A DNA stretch of 64,000 nt from contig JAKSHS010000003.1 of the NCBI GenBank assembly GCA_024399275.1, positions 413-64,412 of the forward strand, read 5' to 3'. Position numbers and translations under genes: made by a program. Below are positions 20,737 through 31,463 of the stretch, piece after piece (positions within the stretch are counted from its first letter, which is position 1; each line of letters begins with the position of its first letter). This stretch comes from an archaeon (GTDB lineage Archaea; Thermoplasmatota; Thermoplasmata; Methanomassiliicoccales; Methanomethylophilaceae). The notes under the pieces were generated by a model, which did no database searches, was not told the DNA's origin, and saw only the letters and a list, made by a program, of their open reading frames with translations.

Positions 20737-22347
20737 TTATTCCTCGTTTAATGCTTTTCTTTCTATCTCTTCAAATTCTGAAATTATGCCCTCTGGCTTT
20801 TCAATTTTTATGATTTTACCATCCTTCATCAGTGCAGCGCGATCGCAGCAGTTCACTATGAAGTCCATGTCATGGCTGACAACAATAAATGTTTCTCGGA
20901 GATCCTTTCTAGCCCTAAGAACTGTTTTTGCGACGATAACTTTTGTAATTGGGTCCATTGTTCCAGTAGGCTCATCTAAAATTACAATGCGAGGTTCTTT
21001 GATGAGGACTTGCGCGAATGCAATCCTCTGACACTCTCCTACCGAAAGCTCATCTGGATATGATGCAAGAACTTTTTCTATGCTTCTCTTTGGAAATCCT
21101 ACGTTAAGGAGTACTTGGATGGCTTTAACTTTGGCTAACTCTGCTGGCATGCGGATTCCAATACATGTAGTTAAATTTTTTAGAATTGTGTCAAATGGAT
21201 AGAGCGTGTATTCTTGGTGTAGTACACCTATGTACGGAGTAGCTCTACCTTTTCCCATGAATCCAGTCTCTGACATATCAACCCAATCATCCCCAATTTT
21301 AATTTTGACAGACCCTGATGTTACAGGAGTCATTCCAGCAATTATACGGGATGTTGTTGTTTTTCCCGCTCCAGAGATGCCTACAAGTGCGAAAATTTCA
21401 TTTTCTTTTATTTTGAATGATACTCCATCAACTGCTTTGACTACCCCTCTCACTATAGAGAAATAGTGTTTTGTAGCATTTTCTGCAACGATGAAGGGTT
21501 TTCCAAGATCAGTCGCTGCACTTTTCTCGAATTTATACTCTTCCATGAATTTTTTAGTAACATCAATTGGTTTTCCACTCATTACTACATTCCCTGTGTC
21601 TAACCAAATAGCTTCGTCGGCCATTTTTTCTGTGGCTTCTGGCCAGTGTGATGCAAAAACCATGCATATCCGTTTATCATGAACGTATTTGACTAGACGT
21701 TCATGAACAATATTGGCTGTATAGGGGTCCAGCGTTCCAGTAGGTTCATCAGCAAGAAAGAATAGCGGATTTTTTGCAAGCTGCCTTGCCATAACAACTC
21801 TTTGTTTTTCTCCGCCGGAGAGATCTCTAGCGATATGAGTTGTCCTATGAGTCATGTTAACAAATTCAAGCAATTCAATGGTTTTGGAGATTTTTTCCTG
21901 TTCAGTTTTGGCGTTAATTGCTTCAAAAATATTTTCCATGACTGTGTTGTCGCCGAATAACGAAAATGTTCTCTGCAGCATTATAGAAATGCGATTTCGG
22001 AGCTCTTGCCTCACAGGATCGCGCTCGCGAAGTGACCAAAAGTCGACCCATTTTGTTTCTGTCTCTGATCCACATACGGAGCATGGTACGTTGTCATAAG
22101 GAAGGTCAAGATTTCCGCACTTTAGACAGTGATTAATGTGATAAAGAATCCTTCCTTTGTCAGGAGCATAATCCTTAGAGCCCCTAATCATGTGAATGAG
22201 AATACTTTTTCCGGCAGCACTTTTTCCGATCAGCCCAAGTATTTTTCCAGTAGATAGTGTTGCACTTACATTTTTAAGTACAGTTCTGCCTTCGTATGCC
22301 TTTGATACATTCTCAATTTTAAGGAGGTCAATTATCTCATCAGCCAT
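20737..22347 (-). CDS. atwA: MCR system component A2 (dual ABC-ATPase with zinc-binding insert)
   Basis: Two ABC cassettes; CLKC..CSVC insert; [13 protein letters not shown]; ATG 22347 with GAGGT upstream. Confidence 0.93.
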   Translation of the reverse strand: MADEIIDLLKIENVSKAYEGRTVLKNVSATLSTGKILGLIGKSAAGKSILIHMIRGSKDYAPDKGRILYHINHCLKCGNLDLPYDNVPCSVCGSETETKWVDFWSLRERDPVRQELRNRISIMLQRTFSLFGDNTVMENIFEAINAKTEQEKISKTIELLEFVNMTHRTTHIARDLSGGEKQRVVMARQLAKNPLFFLADEPTGTLDPYTANIVHERLVKYVHDKRICMVFASHWPEATEKMADEAIWLDTGNVVMSGKPIDVTKKFMEEYKFEKSAATDLGKPFIVAENATKHYFSIVRGVVKAVDGVSFKIKENEIFALVGISGAGKTTTSRIIAGMTPVTSGSVKIKIGDDWVDMSETGFMGKGRATPYIGVLHQEYTLYPFDTILKNLTTCIGIRMPAELAKVKAIQVLLNVGFPKRSIEKVLASYPDELSVGECQRIAFAQVLIKEPRIVILDEPTGTMDPITKVIVAKTVLRARKDLRETFIVVSHDMDFIVNCCDRAALMKDGKIIKIEKPEGIISEFEEIERKALNEE

Positions 22348-22443
22348 GTAGACCTCTAAGGCCCTGTCGCTATATAACAAAGTCGAATAAGGTAGATTAC
22401 TAAGAGCGGTATTGATTTAAGCAAATACGAGTATGAGGGGACG

Positions 22444-23406
22444 ATGGTGCCAGAGCCTCTGCACAAATTTGGAGGGCCTGTCCCAAAGTTCAACGAGTAT
22501 CATCTTTGGAAGGCCGTTGTATCTCTTGATGATAAAGTTCCGATTGGTAGAAAAAAATTGTCTGCGATTTTGGGTGTTGGAGAGGGAAGCACTAGGACCA
22601 TTATTAGTATCCTTACCAAGAAGAAGTATGTAACGACTGGAAGTGACGGTGTTCAGCTCACCGAGGTTGGAAAGAGATTCAAAAAATTAGTACATGTGGA
22701 CGTAAGCCCTCTTTCAGTATCTGGCATCACAATTGATACACATAACTGTGCAGCAAGGGTTCCTCATTCCTCTGGAAAAGTTAATTGGGGATGTGAAGAA
22801 AGAGATGTCGCCGTTAGGTATGGTGCTACTGGGGCGACTACGTTAGTTTGTACTAATGGAGATATTGTTTTCCCTGACTCGGGCTGCTGCGTGAGCAAGG
22901 AAGTGGATATAAAACTTAGGTCATTGTTTGGTATATCAGATGGAGATGTAATTGTTATTGGTACTGCCGACAATCCAAATTCTGCAGAATGCGGGGCTGT
23001 GACTGCTGCTTTGAATATCGTTAATTATTCAAAGGTAAATTCCGCTTGTGACAATTCCACTTTGGTTAATGTTTCTAATATTTTGCTTTCTCTCGTTTTT
23101 ACGGTGCATAACCTTGTGGGCAAGTTACCTGTTTGTGCTAAGATGAAGGACGGTCTTGGAGTGAGAGTTGAAGATGGGGTTATCATTGATGATGCGTACA
23201 GTGGGGAGATACTCGAACAGGTTATCGAAACGGGTAAAACGATCGAAACTACTGCCTATAGTGGACCATACAAGAATACGAGAGTGATTGTATCACCGAT
23301 TGAAGTTAATGGATCTACTGTAGCCGCCATAGGCGTGGTAAACACCGAGGGAAGCATTAGTAAAGGCCTATGTGCTACCATAAATATGTTTCCCAAGAGA
23401 TTCTAA
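22444..23406 (+). CDS. Winged-HTH (DUF4443-like) plus DUF2111-like domain protein, putative regulator
   Basis: N-terminal GRK.L...LG.GEGS.RT; central RD.AV..GA.GATT; C-terminal G.R.E.G...DD.Y.G..LE.V...GPY...VIV.P...AAIGVV. Confidence 0.7.
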   Translation: MVPEPLHKFGGPVPKFNEYHLWKAVVSLDDKVPIGRKKLSAILGVGEGSTRTIISILTKKKYVTTGSDGVQLTEVGKRFKKLVHVDVSPLSVSGITIDTHNCAARVPHSSGKVNWGCEERDVAVRYGATGATTLVCTNGDIVFPDSGCCVSKEVDIKLRSLFGISDGDVIVIGTADNPNSAECGAVTAALNIVNYSKVNSACDNSTLVNVSNILLSLVFTVHNLVGKLPVCAKMKDGLGVRVEDGVIIDDAYSGEILEQVIETGKTIETTAYSGPYKNTRVIVSPIEVNGSTVAAIGVVNTEGSISKGLCATINMFPKRF

Positions 23407-23960
23407 AGGATAACCATCTGGCTTTTTACTGTTTCGGCAGTGATGTTTAGAGCTATGCTTTCGGTCACGGAAACGATGCTTGACGTAAAGATTCCCGAGA
23501 TTTTTTTACCTCCAAAAAACCCTCTCCTAAGGCCAAGTTGGGAGTACGCATTTTTGTCTATTCTAATTATGATTGATGTAACTTTCCACTTCTCAACATC
23601 TATATCGACTGATTCGACGACTCCGATAACCAGCCTATCTGAGGAATAAACTTTTTTACCTATTAGGTACAGGGTTGATGGGATGGCGTCACTATCAACG
23701 GATATTTTTGATCTAATGCCAGCAACTGTGTCATTCGTTAGAATGACTTGGTTGATAACATAAGGGCCAGTTCTCATGAGAATCATTGACTTCCCAGACC
23801 CAATATTTAGGACCTCTGATACGCCTTTATTTGTCTTTATTTTAAGGCCCACAGCCTCCCAAGTAAATCCATCATAACGGACGTCTTGTACTTCCCCGAG
23901 GGTGTATGCATCTTGAGTGATTACCTCTTTCCCAATGAGAGCTTCTAGCTCCTTCATCAT
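23403..23960 (-). CDS. Tandem PRC-barrel domain protein
   Basis: Two LIGK.V...D...G.V..V..D...W.V repeats. Confidence 0.8.
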   Translation of the reverse strand: MMKELEALIGKEVITQDAYTLGEVQDVRYDGFTWEAVGLKIKTNKGVSEVLNIGSGKSMILMRTGPYVINQVILTNDTVAGIRSKISVDSDAIPSTLYLIGKKVYSSDRLVIGVVESVDIDVEKWKVTSIIIRIDKNAYSQLGLRRGFFGGKKISGIFTSSIVSVTESIALNITAETVKSQMVIL

Positions 23961-24046
23961 CGGGGGTCAAATGTTTTGACTGTAAAATAACCTTTGTATC
24001 GTCAGGAACAGGAATATAAAAAAGAAAAAAGTTTAAGGGTCAGCAC

Positions 24047-24325
24047 CTATCCGCCGCCACTTGGCGTGAATCCAGAAATATCTACGTCCTCTTTTTCTTT
24101 TATTAAGTCTCTAATGGACCTAACGTTATCGTGAGGGTTTGATTTTCTGTATTTGAACTTGATCTCTTTGTATTCGCTGGCATCCGCGGGCACTAGTAGG
24201 CTTGCATCGTACCAGAGTTCTGTAAAGTCGAGTAATGCCCACGACTTCCCACCTCTGTCACGCAAGGCCAGTACCTTTCCAACGGTTGATGTTGGCAAAT
24301 ACTTGTAGATCTCGCCAAGCTGCAT
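24047..24325 (-). CDS. DUF2098-like MCR-associated small protein
   Basis: Y..T.T.GKV......G..W..LD..ELWY and C-terminal GGG; immediately downstream of mcrA. Confidence 0.78.
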   Translation of the reverse strand: MQLGEIYKYLPTSTVGKVLALRDRGGKSWALLDFTELWYDASLLVPADASEYKEIKFKYRKSNPHDNVRSIRDLIKEKEDVDISGFTPSGGG

Positions 24326-24337
24326 GCCAGATTGCGC

Positions 24338-25993
24338 CTATGCCTTAATGATTGCAGTTCTCTCTCCTGCTGGTTTGAATTCACGAAGTCCGCCGCGTCC
24401 GACTTCTTTGGTAACATTTGCAAAGTCAAACACAAGGCTTGGATCAGCAAATGCAACACGGATGAACGGATTCGCTGTGAATGCATCGCCACGGGCTGCG
24501 TGTGCTGCCTTTGGAATACCTGAGTATCCGGACAGGTGTCCTACGTTCATTGCGTAGTTTGGATAGTTCGGACCTCTTAATTCCATGGGTAGACCCTCGT
24601 CGGATCTGTATGCAAATGAGTTGGCTGATCCACACTGATCCTGCAGGTCGAATCCGTAGAATCCAAGTCTTCCAGCCCTCTCTTTGTGCTGAAGCATTGA
24701 GAGATACCAAAGATTCAATCCACAATCTGCAATTCCTGTTGCCATTGACCCTGCAATACCAGAAGCTGCAGCAGCAACTGTCGACCTTTGAGATCCACCG
24801 AAGTGCGCTTCCATTGCTGCGGGGTACTTTTCATACGACTCGAGCGCATATGCGTTAATATCGTCACCTAGCTTGAGGAGGTCCTCGAACTTCTCAGGGT
24901 TGAGCTTACAAAGTCCACCAAACCTGTCTTTGATTGTATCGATCGCGTAGTACGTGTAATCCTCAAGGATGTTATCAGTATATGCTGCAGATGCATACTG
25001 GGTGAATCCAACTCCTCCAGACATATAACCACCGAGGTAAATCTGGTCAAAGATGATAGCACCAAGTGCAACTGTTTCGAGTGCTGCTCTGCCGGGATCA
25101 TCTGGATAAACACGATCGGACTGTATCATGTCTGCGAGGAATCCGAAGGGTATACCTCCAGGCTCATTTGGTCCTCTTGCACGCCTTGCTGGCATCATAG
25201 TACCCATGTTGATACACTGGTGCTTGGCCGAGTATGCAAAGTCTGCGATTGCTGCTTCCCCTGCTGCGAGACGATATGATGTAATGAAAGCCATCGAGAT
25301 CTGCATTGCTGCATGTCTTGAGATTGTACCTCCATCCATGACGCGACCAACAATTGTTGGAACACGAACTGCCTGCATGAGACCTTTGCCAATTGCATCC
25401 TTCAGCTGTTTTGCCTGATCTTTCGGGAACAATTTGTTTATGTCAATGACGAATCTCTTGTCGATTTCATCGATTAATTCATCATCTCCAGAAAACACTT
25501 TGACATATGAGTCGTATACGAGTGCAGGGTTGATCTCTGCCATGTGTTCCTGAACGACAGCTCCTCCAGGCATCGTGTGGTTGACTGCCTCAAGGTATTC
25601 GTTGATTGTTTCTGGTGTAACTTCCTTACCAAGTCTCCTTTCTATAGTCTGGTGAGGAGAATCGAGACCGACAAGAATTGTTCTTCTGATGTCGTCCCAA
25701 GCCTGCTGAATCGCCGAGTTGTTGATGCAGTGAAGGTCATCGGGCTCCACAAAAATATCAGTGTGTGACAACTGATACGGCATCCAAGATCTCTGTCCTA
25801 GTGGGACACCGATATCTTGGTTCATCATAGGAATGCCACGCTCTTTTGCGATCTTGTTCGCCGACTCAACGAACTCTACCTTTCTTTTGGATTGTTTCCA
25901 TCCACCGTAGCAGTAGAATTTTGTGTTTAGGTCTGTTGGCTCTTCCTTGAACTTCTTCTTACAGGCTTCAATGAATAATCTATCTTTAGCCAT
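24338..25993 (-). CDS. mcrA: Methyl-coenzyme M reductase alpha subunit
   Basis: [66 protein letters not shown]; ATG 25993 one nt after mcrG stop. Confidence 0.98.
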   Translation of the reverse strand: MAKDRLFIEACKKKFKEEPTDLNTKFYCYGGWKQSKRKVEFVESANKIAKERGIPMMNQDIGVPLGQRSWMPYQLSHTDIFVEPDDLHCINNSAIQQAWDDIRRTILVGLDSPHQTIERRLGKEVTPETINEYLEAVNHTMPGGAVVQEHMAEINPALVYDSYVKVFSGDDELIDEIDKRFVIDINKLFPKDQAKQLKDAIGKGLMQAVRVPTIVGRVMDGGTISRHAAMQISMAFITSYRLAAGEAAIADFAYSAKHQCINMGTMMPARRARGPNEPGGIPFGFLADMIQSDRVYPDDPGRAALETVALGAIIFDQIYLGGYMSGGVGFTQYASAAYTDNILEDYTYYAIDTIKDRFGGLCKLNPEKFEDLLKLGDDINAYALESYEKYPAAMEAHFGGSQRSTVAAAASGIAGSMATGIADCGLNLWYLSMLQHKERAGRLGFYGFDLQDQCGSANSFAYRSDEGLPMELRGPNYPNYAMNVGHLSGYSGIPKAAHAARGDAFTANPFIRVAFADPSLVFDFANVTKEVGRGGLREFKPAGERTAIIKA

Positions 25994-25994
25994 T

Positions 25995-26774
25995 TTATTC
26001 ACCTTTGACGTTGTAGCATTGGAATCCGCCAAGTGTTCTTAGTTTATGAATCCTAAGACCATATTCGGTTACCTCTTTGTCATCCCTCATGTCGACACCG
26101 CCGCCGTGAGCTGTGAAGATTGTTGTCCTCTTCTTAAGTTCATCTATTTTCGCGGGTTTTCCGACTGAGATTCTCTTATCGAGGGGCAATGCGACCTGGT
26201 CTTTTACATAAACGACCTCTCCCTTGCTCTCATCCCATTCATATCTCTGCCAGGCATCGAACATAAGTCCATGTTCATCAAGACGGCACGCGTGTCCGTG
26301 AACAGTTGCACCTCTTATGCCTGTAAGAGCAGGATCAAACGTCTCGTTGTCGATCATTTCTTTTGCAAGTTTCTCAAGATCTCTCTCACGCATCTCGATA
26401 ATTTGTCTTCCGGACAGTGTACCTGTGTCGATACCTCTGTATCTGGAAAGATACATCCACGCTCTTTGATAGGGGGAGATTGGAGCAAAGTATACCGAAT
26501 CGGTGAACTGGACATATCTGATACGATCTCCATGCTTTGCACCCTCAATCGGCTTAACAAGCTCTCTGACAGGACAGTCGGGCTCCTTACCCTCTTCGAT
26601 TGGGGGGTGAATTGATTTGTACTCCTCCCCAGGATTCCTGTGTCCCATTATCCTGACAACATCATCCATCGCGATATCGCGTAGCTTCTTGAGATTTTGT
26701 TTGGGGTCAAGGTATCTGCGCCTGTTCTTCGCAGGAGAACTTTCCCCAGGATAGAATTGTCTTTTGTATACCAT
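25995..26774 (-). CDS. mcrG: Methyl-coenzyme M reductase gamma subunit
   Basis: [33 protein letters not shown]. Confidence 0.97.
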   Translation of the reverse strand: MVYKRQFYPGESSPAKNRRRYLDPKQNLKKLRDIAMDDVVRIMGHRNPGEEYKSIHPPIEEGKEPDCPVRELVKPIEGAKHGDRIRYVQFTDSVYFAPISPYQRAWMYLSRYRGIDTGTLSGRQIIEMRERDLEKLAKEMIDNETFDPALTGIRGATVHGHACRLDEHGLMFDAWQRYEWDESKGEVVYVKDQVALPLDKRISVGKPAKIDELKKRTTIFTAHGGGVDMRDDKEVTEYGLRIHKLRTLGGFQCYNVKGE

Positions 26775-26776
26775 GT

Positions 26777-27211
26777 TTAAACACCTTGTTTGTAATCATG
26801 CAATGATGGTCTGTACTTTGAGTATCTTCCGACCTCAATTGTGTAGCCAAAAGGGATTATTGGTTTCACAATTTGATCAATTTCTTTGACTTTCATCTCG
26901 AGTTCCTCTTGATTTTCAACAGCGAGCTCCAAAAGAAAATCACCGACGAGATGCTTAAGCTCCACTTCTCTGTCTCCAAATTTGATTATCTTGCGTTCGG
27001 AGTGATTATTGGCGATACCTCTGTGGGGGCCACTGTTAATCGTAGATGGGAGACTTTCACCTTTCAGGTTGATCTGTCTGATCTTATCCACCCCGATTAG
27101 GGCGTTAAGTAGCTTCTCAGTAGAATCCGCCAGGAGCAAACGCTCACACTGGATCCTTACTTCTGGAAGCGGAACCCCCGCGTAGTTCGGATTGGATTCG
27201 ACAATACTCAT
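26777..27211 (-). CDS. mcrD: Methyl-coenzyme M reductase operon protein D
   Basis: R.L...TEKLLN, G.SLP.....GP..G....H.ER; between mcrB and mcrG. Confidence 0.93.
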   Translation of the reverse strand: MSIVESNPNYAGVPLPEVRIQCERLLLADSTEKLLNALIGVDKIRQINLKGESLPSTINSGPHRGIANNHSERKIIKFGDREVELKHLVGDFLLELAVENQEELEMKVKEIDQIVKPIIPFGYTIEVGRYSKYRPSLHDYKQGV

Positions 27212-27223
27212 GGTACATTCACC

Positions 27224-28558
27224 TTACAATTTTTTTACAGCTTTCTTGGCCTCCGCACCAATAATTTGCATCGGGGTCTTGAATTCGGGCATGTCGCCGA
27301 ACACTTCTTTGAACAATCCAGACGTTGCTTCTGCTGAGAATGTTTGTGTTCCGCCGTCAAGGCAGTTACCTGCTGTGACTGCAGGAATCAGAACACCCTT
27401 TGAGTGCTTTGTGACAACGTGGTTTCCATGGAACAGACCTGGTCCTCCACCACCATAGATTGAGTGCGAGAAGAATGACATTCCGACGCAAACACCCATG
27501 GATCGTCCGTAATCTGTTGAGGGCAGACCAGTCTCGTGCTCAAGAAGATCGTTGTAGTACAAGATTGTTGACGGTATACCCTGTGCTGCTCTGGCCGCTC
27601 CTACGTTGACCATAACTGCCGCAACCTGACCGACTGCTGCATAGGCGTTCCAGAGTGGAAGATCATTAGTGGTGTAGATCTTGTATCCGCTTGGAAGTGT
27701 CTTTTTCACAGTGATGACGCCGTCGTCTATGGCTGATTCTACAAGAGATTCAATAACCGTACCGACTGTTCCAGTTTTTCCGTTCTTCTTAACTATGTTG
27801 TAGAGCATGTTGTTTGCATTCAGCCCTTCGTAAGCAAGTGCAAGGAGGTGTCCTCTTTCGAATGGACCAATTGCATCGCCCATTTCAAAGGCCGCGGTCT
27901 GTTCGAAAACCGATGATAATGCAACACCCTGCATTGCATTCCTGCCGACGAGCGCAACGACGTGGTTTGCCATGATGTTCCTGAGTGCGTAACCTGCTCC
28001 TTCGTTGTTCTGAGGAACTTCGAGGATGGATTTGACGTTAGCACCAGTGAAGGTCATTGTCTGTGGATATCTTCCCCAAACTGCTCCCTTAACCATGTTT
28101 GCCTTGTACATCGGAATCTTGAACTCATCAAGGATCGCTTGAACAGTTGCTGCCGCGACTGCTGTGAAACCAGTTGTGTACTCAATTCCAGCTCTCATTC
28201 TTTCTTCAGGTACAATTACGACGAGATTCTTTCCGTCAGACTTTACGTCAACAACAGTGTCGTCGCCATCGTAAACCTGGACCATTTCTTTAATTGCTCC
28301 GGCAAGCTTTTCTGCGCTTTTGACAATGGGAACATCTATCTCTTTTCCTTTGATGATCGCTCCGTCCCCACCCATTGAACCTGTCTTAAGAGCCTTTTCA
28401 ATTCCGGCGAGATTGACTGCGATTGTCCTCTCTGTCATACCTGCAATCTTCTTGATCGCATCGTTGCGCAATGGACTGATGGCTTCAAGAGGAACTTGCT
28501 TAGCAATGCGCTTTCCCCTGTCGTCATACAAATCGATTACGTCTTCGTATTTTGGCAT
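27224..28558 (-). CDS. mcrB: Methyl-coenzyme M reductase beta subunit
   Basis: [44 protein letters not shown]. Confidence 0.97.
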   Translation of the reverse strand: MPKYEDVIDLYDDRGKRIAKQVPLEAISPLRNDAIKKIAGMTERTIAVNLAGIEKALKTGSMGGDGAIIKGKEIDVPIVKSAEKLAGAIKEMVQVYDGDDTVVDVKSDGKNLVVIVPEERMRAGIEYTTGFTAVAAATVQAILDEFKIPMYKANMVKGAVWGRYPQTMTFTGANVKSILEVPQNNEGAGYALRNIMANHVVALVGRNAMQGVALSSVFEQTAAFEMGDAIGPFERGHLLALAYEGLNANNMLYNIVKKNGKTGTVGTVIESLVESAIDDGVITVKKTLPSGYKIYTTNDLPLWNAYAAVGQVAAVMVNVGAARAAQGIPSTILYYNDLLEHETGLPSTDYGRSMGVCVGMSFFSHSIYGGGGPGLFHGNHVVTKHSKGVLIPAVTAGNCLDGGTQTFSAEATSGLFKEVFGDMPEFKTPMQIIGAEAKKAVKKL

Positions 28559-28563
28559 TTTCT

Positions 28564-28648
28564 ACCTCCTTTTATACGACTAATCAGCAAACGGGTTGAC
28601 CATCTGCCTCCCCTTGCGGGCGCCGAATCTACTTTTTAGGATATAAAT
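28564..28648 (-). promoter_or_regulatory. mcr operon promoter, 5' leader and SD
   Basis: Minus-strand TTTATAT at 28641-28647; CCC-GCAA-GGG hairpin at 28611-28620; AGGAGGT 5 nt before the mcrB ATG. Confidence 0.7.
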
Positions 28649-28778
28649 GCATAGTTCTTACAACCCGTGGCGGAAGTTTTGTGTTGGTGAGCTAGAAGTA
28701 AGCGGTGGGAGCTCTAGTGGCGATAGCATGATTCTATAAAAAGAGGTGTCTATAGTCTTAAAGATGTGAAAAGTAGCT

Positions 28779-30011
28779 TTAGTGGTCGTTTGGCCATTCT
28801 CCGCGCACTCTGAGGCCTTCCCGTTCAAAATCCATTGATGAAACTTCCATTCCAGGGATTATTGCTCTAACTGTGGGGATATTCAATTCGTGTCGTGTTA
28901 AGTCTGCTATTATAACTCTTTTGAACCCTGAATTGACAAGTTTTCCCAATACAATTTCGATGTCATCGAGGACGTAGGCTGTAGATTCGTCCTTCATATC
29001 CGTAATATGCGTTTCTTTTTGAGATTTGTGATACCATATTTTATTTGCTTCTTTAATCCTATTATAGCCCATATCTCTAGTGATTCTGCGAAGATTGGTG
29101 TTAACTTTTAATCCATGTTTATGAGTGGCCCGACTTTGTGCTAGTTCAGTCAATGCCCTTATTGCGGCAATTTCTGGATTTAAGTGTGTTCCGATGCCGA
29201 TTGTTAACATTTCTGGGTCTCTTGTCTTTACGTCATCGGCTGAAGCCCCCACGGTTGGGATTCCAACGTCACTTGTTAGATCTTTCAGGTGTACGTCTAT
29301 GCCATTATTCTTGAAGTGTTTTAACAGTGTTCCAGGAATAGAATTCTCATCATCAAGAATTATGTCAGAATTTGCTCTGTTAAATGATTCTGCTATGGAC
29401 CAAGCGTCCCTTTCCACGACCTCGAATATGGAGTGAAGAATTGCTTCTTCGATAGTGTTTCCGGATGCGATGCCGTTGGTGTGAAACCTAAAGAGCTGAA
29501 GATCTACAGTGGGGTAGTATGGATAATAAACCGCACAAGCCGGAACCCAAACATTATTTCCACTTAGAAGGTCAAAGGCTCTTGTCCATGCTATACTGGC
29601 CCCTTCAACTGCGTTGACGATTCTCTGCGGAAGAATTAGGTCTTTTGGCTCTACCATAGGCTGTTCACTAGTTCTAATTTCTTCAAGCGTTCCTATGACT
29701 AGCTTGTCCGTATTTCGTAGTTCAGCACTATACCTTTCTATTGCTTCCATTAAAGCCGATGCTTTAGCTTGTTCAACAGTAACTCCCTTTCCATTATAGT
29801 TTCCAAACACCCCCTTGGCTGTATTTTTCCGGCATACTGAAAAAACAGGAATCCCTATGTCATCCATGTTCGTTATATCATCTAACGAGTCTATTCCCGC
29901 TTTGCCTAGTAATGGTATGATTCTCTCTAGTGTCTCTCCTGGAGATATCACGCGTATGCCCGTTTTCGGGGACAGCTTGGGACAACGTTGTAGAATTAGG
30001 CCCATGATCAT
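28779..30011 (-). CDS. ycaO: YcaO-family McrA glycine thioamidation protein (methanogenesis marker 1)
   Basis: GIPV, NGKG.T..QA.ASA.MEA.ERYSAE, TNG.ASGN..EEA......EV.ERDA, RA.TE.AQSR; adjacent to mcrB; ATGA overlap with the Lrp gene. Confidence 0.9.
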   Translation of the reverse strand: MIMGLILQRCPKLSPKTGIRVISPGETLERIIPLLGKAGIDSLDDITNMDDIGIPVFSVCRKNTAKGVFGNYNGKGVTVEQAKASALMEAIERYSAELRNTDKLVIGTLEEIRTSEQPMVEPKDLILPQRIVNAVEGASIAWTRAFDLLSGNNVWVPACAVYYPYYPTVDLQLFRFHTNGIASGNTIEEAILHSIFEVVERDAWSIAESFNRANSDIILDDENSIPGTLLKHFKNNGIDVHLKDLTSDVGIPTVGASADDVKTRDPEMLTIGIGTHLNPEIAAIRALTELAQSRATHKHGLKVNTNLRRITRDMGYNRIKEANKIWYHKSQKETHITDMKDESTAYVLDDIEIVLGKLVNSGFKRVIIADLTRHELNIPTVRAIIPGMEVSSMDFEREGLRVRGEWPNDH

Positions 30012-30493
30012 CGTTCCTTTTCTTCAAGGATTTTTTCGTATACTGTTATATCGGCGTCTCTGTGGAGTACATCACGACCAATAATAACGTCGACCTCAAC
30101 GTTCTTAACGCTGGGCAATTTTAGAATTTTACTTTGAACCATTTCGTAAAGTTCATTGACATTTTGTGTGAATACTTCGCACATTAGATTATGATCTCCG
30201 AATACTTTGAAAATGGTGCCAATCTCATCGATTTTTTTGAGTTGTTCGATAACTAAGGATACGGGACTTCCGATGATTTGTATTTGGACAAGGGACTTCA
30301 TTATCTCAAGTTTTTCGCAATCTATGTTAAGTTGATATCCAATTGTACCCTCTTCTTCCATTCTTGATACATGACGGCTAATCGTCGCTTTGGATGTGTT
30401 TAAATTTTTTCCTATGACATCCATGGGCATTTTGGGATTTTTCTTGAGTACTTTGATAATCTCAATATCCTTTTTATCTAGGTCACTTACCAT
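30008..30493 (-). CDS. Lrp/AsnC-family transcriptional regulator
   Basis: LD..D..I...L..N HTH start; C-terminal RAM domain (FGDHNL). Confidence 0.88.
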   Translation of the reverse strand: MVSDLDKKDIEIIKVLKKNPKMPMDVIGKNLNTSKATISRHVSRMEEEGTIGYQLNIDCEKLEIMKSLVQIQIIGSPVSLVIEQLKKIDEIGTIFKVFGDHNLMCEVFTQNVNELYEMVQSKILKLPSVKNVEVDVIIGRDVLHRDADITVYEKILEEKER

Positions 30494-30550
30494 ATAGCAT
30501 TTCCGCGATCGTACAATAATATAAAAAAAGGTTTGAAAGGGTTAAGTGCC

Positions 30551-31249
30551 CTAGTCTCTTTTAGCTTTGCAAAAAACACCGTTTTGGTATATTTCAAGAG
30601 TGGTTACCATAGTCGGAACTAGTGAAAATGGGATTCCTATTGCCATTTCATCAGATTTCATATCAGTTTTTTTTCGACAACCGAAGCACCCAAGTGAAAT
30701 ATTCGGTTTTCCAGTGACGATAGGTATAGCAGTCAGATCTTCGCATGCACATTGAAATGGTGCGGTGCTATATTGCACACGACCTCCATCTTTATATGTG
30801 AACAGTCCGCCAAACCAGTATATTCTTTCTGGAATGTCCACTATCGCGACTACATCAGGAACGAATGTTGCAGATTTTAAAGGGCATACGATTTCACCCT
30901 GTGTTTCGTATGGAATGTCTGTACGCGCATCTATCATATTTTTTGCCCCTATAGGGGATTCATGAATCCCAATATTCGCATGAAACTCTCCAGATTTTAC
31001 TTTTTCTGGATTTTTTATCATATTCAGACATGCAGCCCCGACGTTGCATCCTTGCATCTTGAGTGGTAATTTGAAGCATTTTCCATTTTTGGCAGACAGT
31101 ACTGCCTGACAGTGGCTCATTTGTGCTTCTGGAATGTCATATCCACATGGATAATCCTCCTCCTTTTTTACAAGTTTAATTGCCACTGGTTCATGTCTGA
31201 GTTTGAGAATTGTTCTTAATTTTTCCGCGTAAATTTCATTGTCATTCAT
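30551..31249 (-). CDS. DUF169-family protein
   Basis: PVAIKL, SHCQ, C..GA..L, PDVV, C, SLGCFGCR motifs; ATG 31249 preferred. Confidence 0.8.
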   Translation of the reverse strand: MNDNEIYAEKLRTILKLRHEPVAIKLVKKEEDYPCGYDIPEAQMSHCQAVLSAKNGKCFKLPLKMQGCNVGAACLNMIKNPEKVKSGEFHANIGIHESPIGAKNMIDARTDIPYETQGEIVCPLKSATFVPDVVAIVDIPERIYWFGGLFTYKDGGRVQYSTAPFQCACEDLTAIPIVTGKPNISLGCFGCRKKTDMKSDEMAIGIPFSLVPTMVTTLEIYQNGVFCKAKRD

Positions 31250-31403
31250 GCGGGCAAGTACTACGTGTCTTTTAATAAACTGTTTCTTCACGACGGGCAA
31301 CGCGGGCGGGTTCATGATAAGATGTGTCAAGATTCACTAATGAACATCAGTTCCTGATGGGACATTTATACCGCGAGGATGACAGAGGATGAGTCAGTGT
31401 GCT

Positions 31404-31437
31404 AAAAAATAAAAGGTTGTAGAGGCTTGCGCCTCTA
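31404..31437 (-). terminator. Hairpin terminator downstream of MtaA-family gene
   Basis: Minus strand TAGAGGC-GCAA-GCCTCTA followed by CAACCTTTTATTTTTT. Confidence 0.65.
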
Positions 31438-31463
31438 AAAATCTAAAAGTGAAAGTGGAATCT

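Noticed and set aside
24338-25993. Divergent alkyl-CoM reductase
   Set aside because: Active-site motifs ([26 protein letters not shown]) and Mcr[12 protein letters not shown] are canonical for methane-forming MCR
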